From the NCBI GenBank assembly GCA_002633005.1, contig NMRA01000003.1:324129-388128 (forward strand): a stretch of 64,000 bases of DNA, written 5' to 3'. The DNA is from Phoronis australis. Lineage: Eukaryota > Animalia > Phoronida. Made by a program: the position numbers and the translations under genes. The number at the start of each line of letters is the position of its first letter. Position 1 is the stretch's first letter. The notes below the pieces were generated by a model. That model was not told the DNA's origin and ran no database searches. It saw only the letters and a program-made list of their open reading frames with translations. Of this stretch, positions 63,588-64,000 are shown one piece after another.

Positions 63588-63781
63588 CTGAAATTAAGGA
63601 AGAGTATTACAAACAGTAGAGAATAAAATTGAAATCACATCTTGTATTTTTGTAAGGGCAGGCCCAGACAGAGAATTACTGTGAACGGGTGGCTGGCTCA
63701 AGTGAATATTAACCTAGCTCCCACCTCATGTCAAGGCGTGGACAACTGAATGAAATGGCCGCTACTTCATTCAATTGTGAT

Positions 63782-64000
63782 CAGGGCTCGACGTTATTAA
63801 AATCGCCAGGTCGCATTTTGCGACCAAGCCAAAATCCCAAGTCGCATTTCCAAAATGCAGCTCGCATTCATAAATGCCAGGTCGCAAAATTTTCCCGCCA
63901 TTTTTACGCGCCAAAATTTATTTTTTTTAGATCATTGAGAAAATGTTTTGATTAAGCAGGTACCTACAGCGTTAAATACTCACAAATTTCACATTGTACA
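63782..64000 (+). mobile_element. End of a probable hAT-type MITE
   Basis: CAGGGCTCGAC terminus with GTCGCA/TGCGAC subterminal repeats. Confidence 0.45.

Noticed and set aside
63648-63780. Possible H/ACA snoRNA ending in ACA about 60 nt before the ALYREF acceptor
   Set aside because: No convincing ANANNA hinge and no two-hairpin pseudouridylation-pocket layout.

Overview
AT-rich, intron-rich animal genomic DNA, most likely from an invertebrate deuterostome (inference from protein similarity and repeat content). It is a draft scaffold with two N gaps and three single-N positions. Three spliced protein-coding genes can be reconstructed by hand. (1) The first two coding exons of FOXRED2 on the minus strand (10681->7267); the rest lies left of the window. 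(2) A complete IFT56/TTC26 gene on the plus strand (32343-53703; 554 or 555 aa). (3) The last four coding exons of ALYREF/THOC4 on the minus strand (63587->56897), convergent with IFT56. The strongest signal is in IFT56, which has two internal exon duplications. One is a pair of 64-nt exons (47629-47692 and 47896-47959) that must be mutually exclusive, differ almost only at synonymous sites, and are separated by a perfect 15-bp intronic stem. The other is a pair of homologous alternative last exons (52236-52347 and 53589-53703), each with its own stop and AATAAA, preceded by a long intronic hairpin. Together they allow up to four isoforms. Other points of interest: HINE-like repeats carrying ~144-bp-periodic CTCF-type motifs; a possible multi-micro-exon non-coding transcript or leader with structured elements between FOXRED2 and IFT56; structured intron blocks and a candidate poison micro-exon in ALYREF; a TIR transposon carrying a HIRAN pseudogene; and a duplicated IFT56 intron 1/exon 2 segment that is probably an uncollapsed haplotype. 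Comparisons with human proteins are from memory; no searches or folding programs were run.
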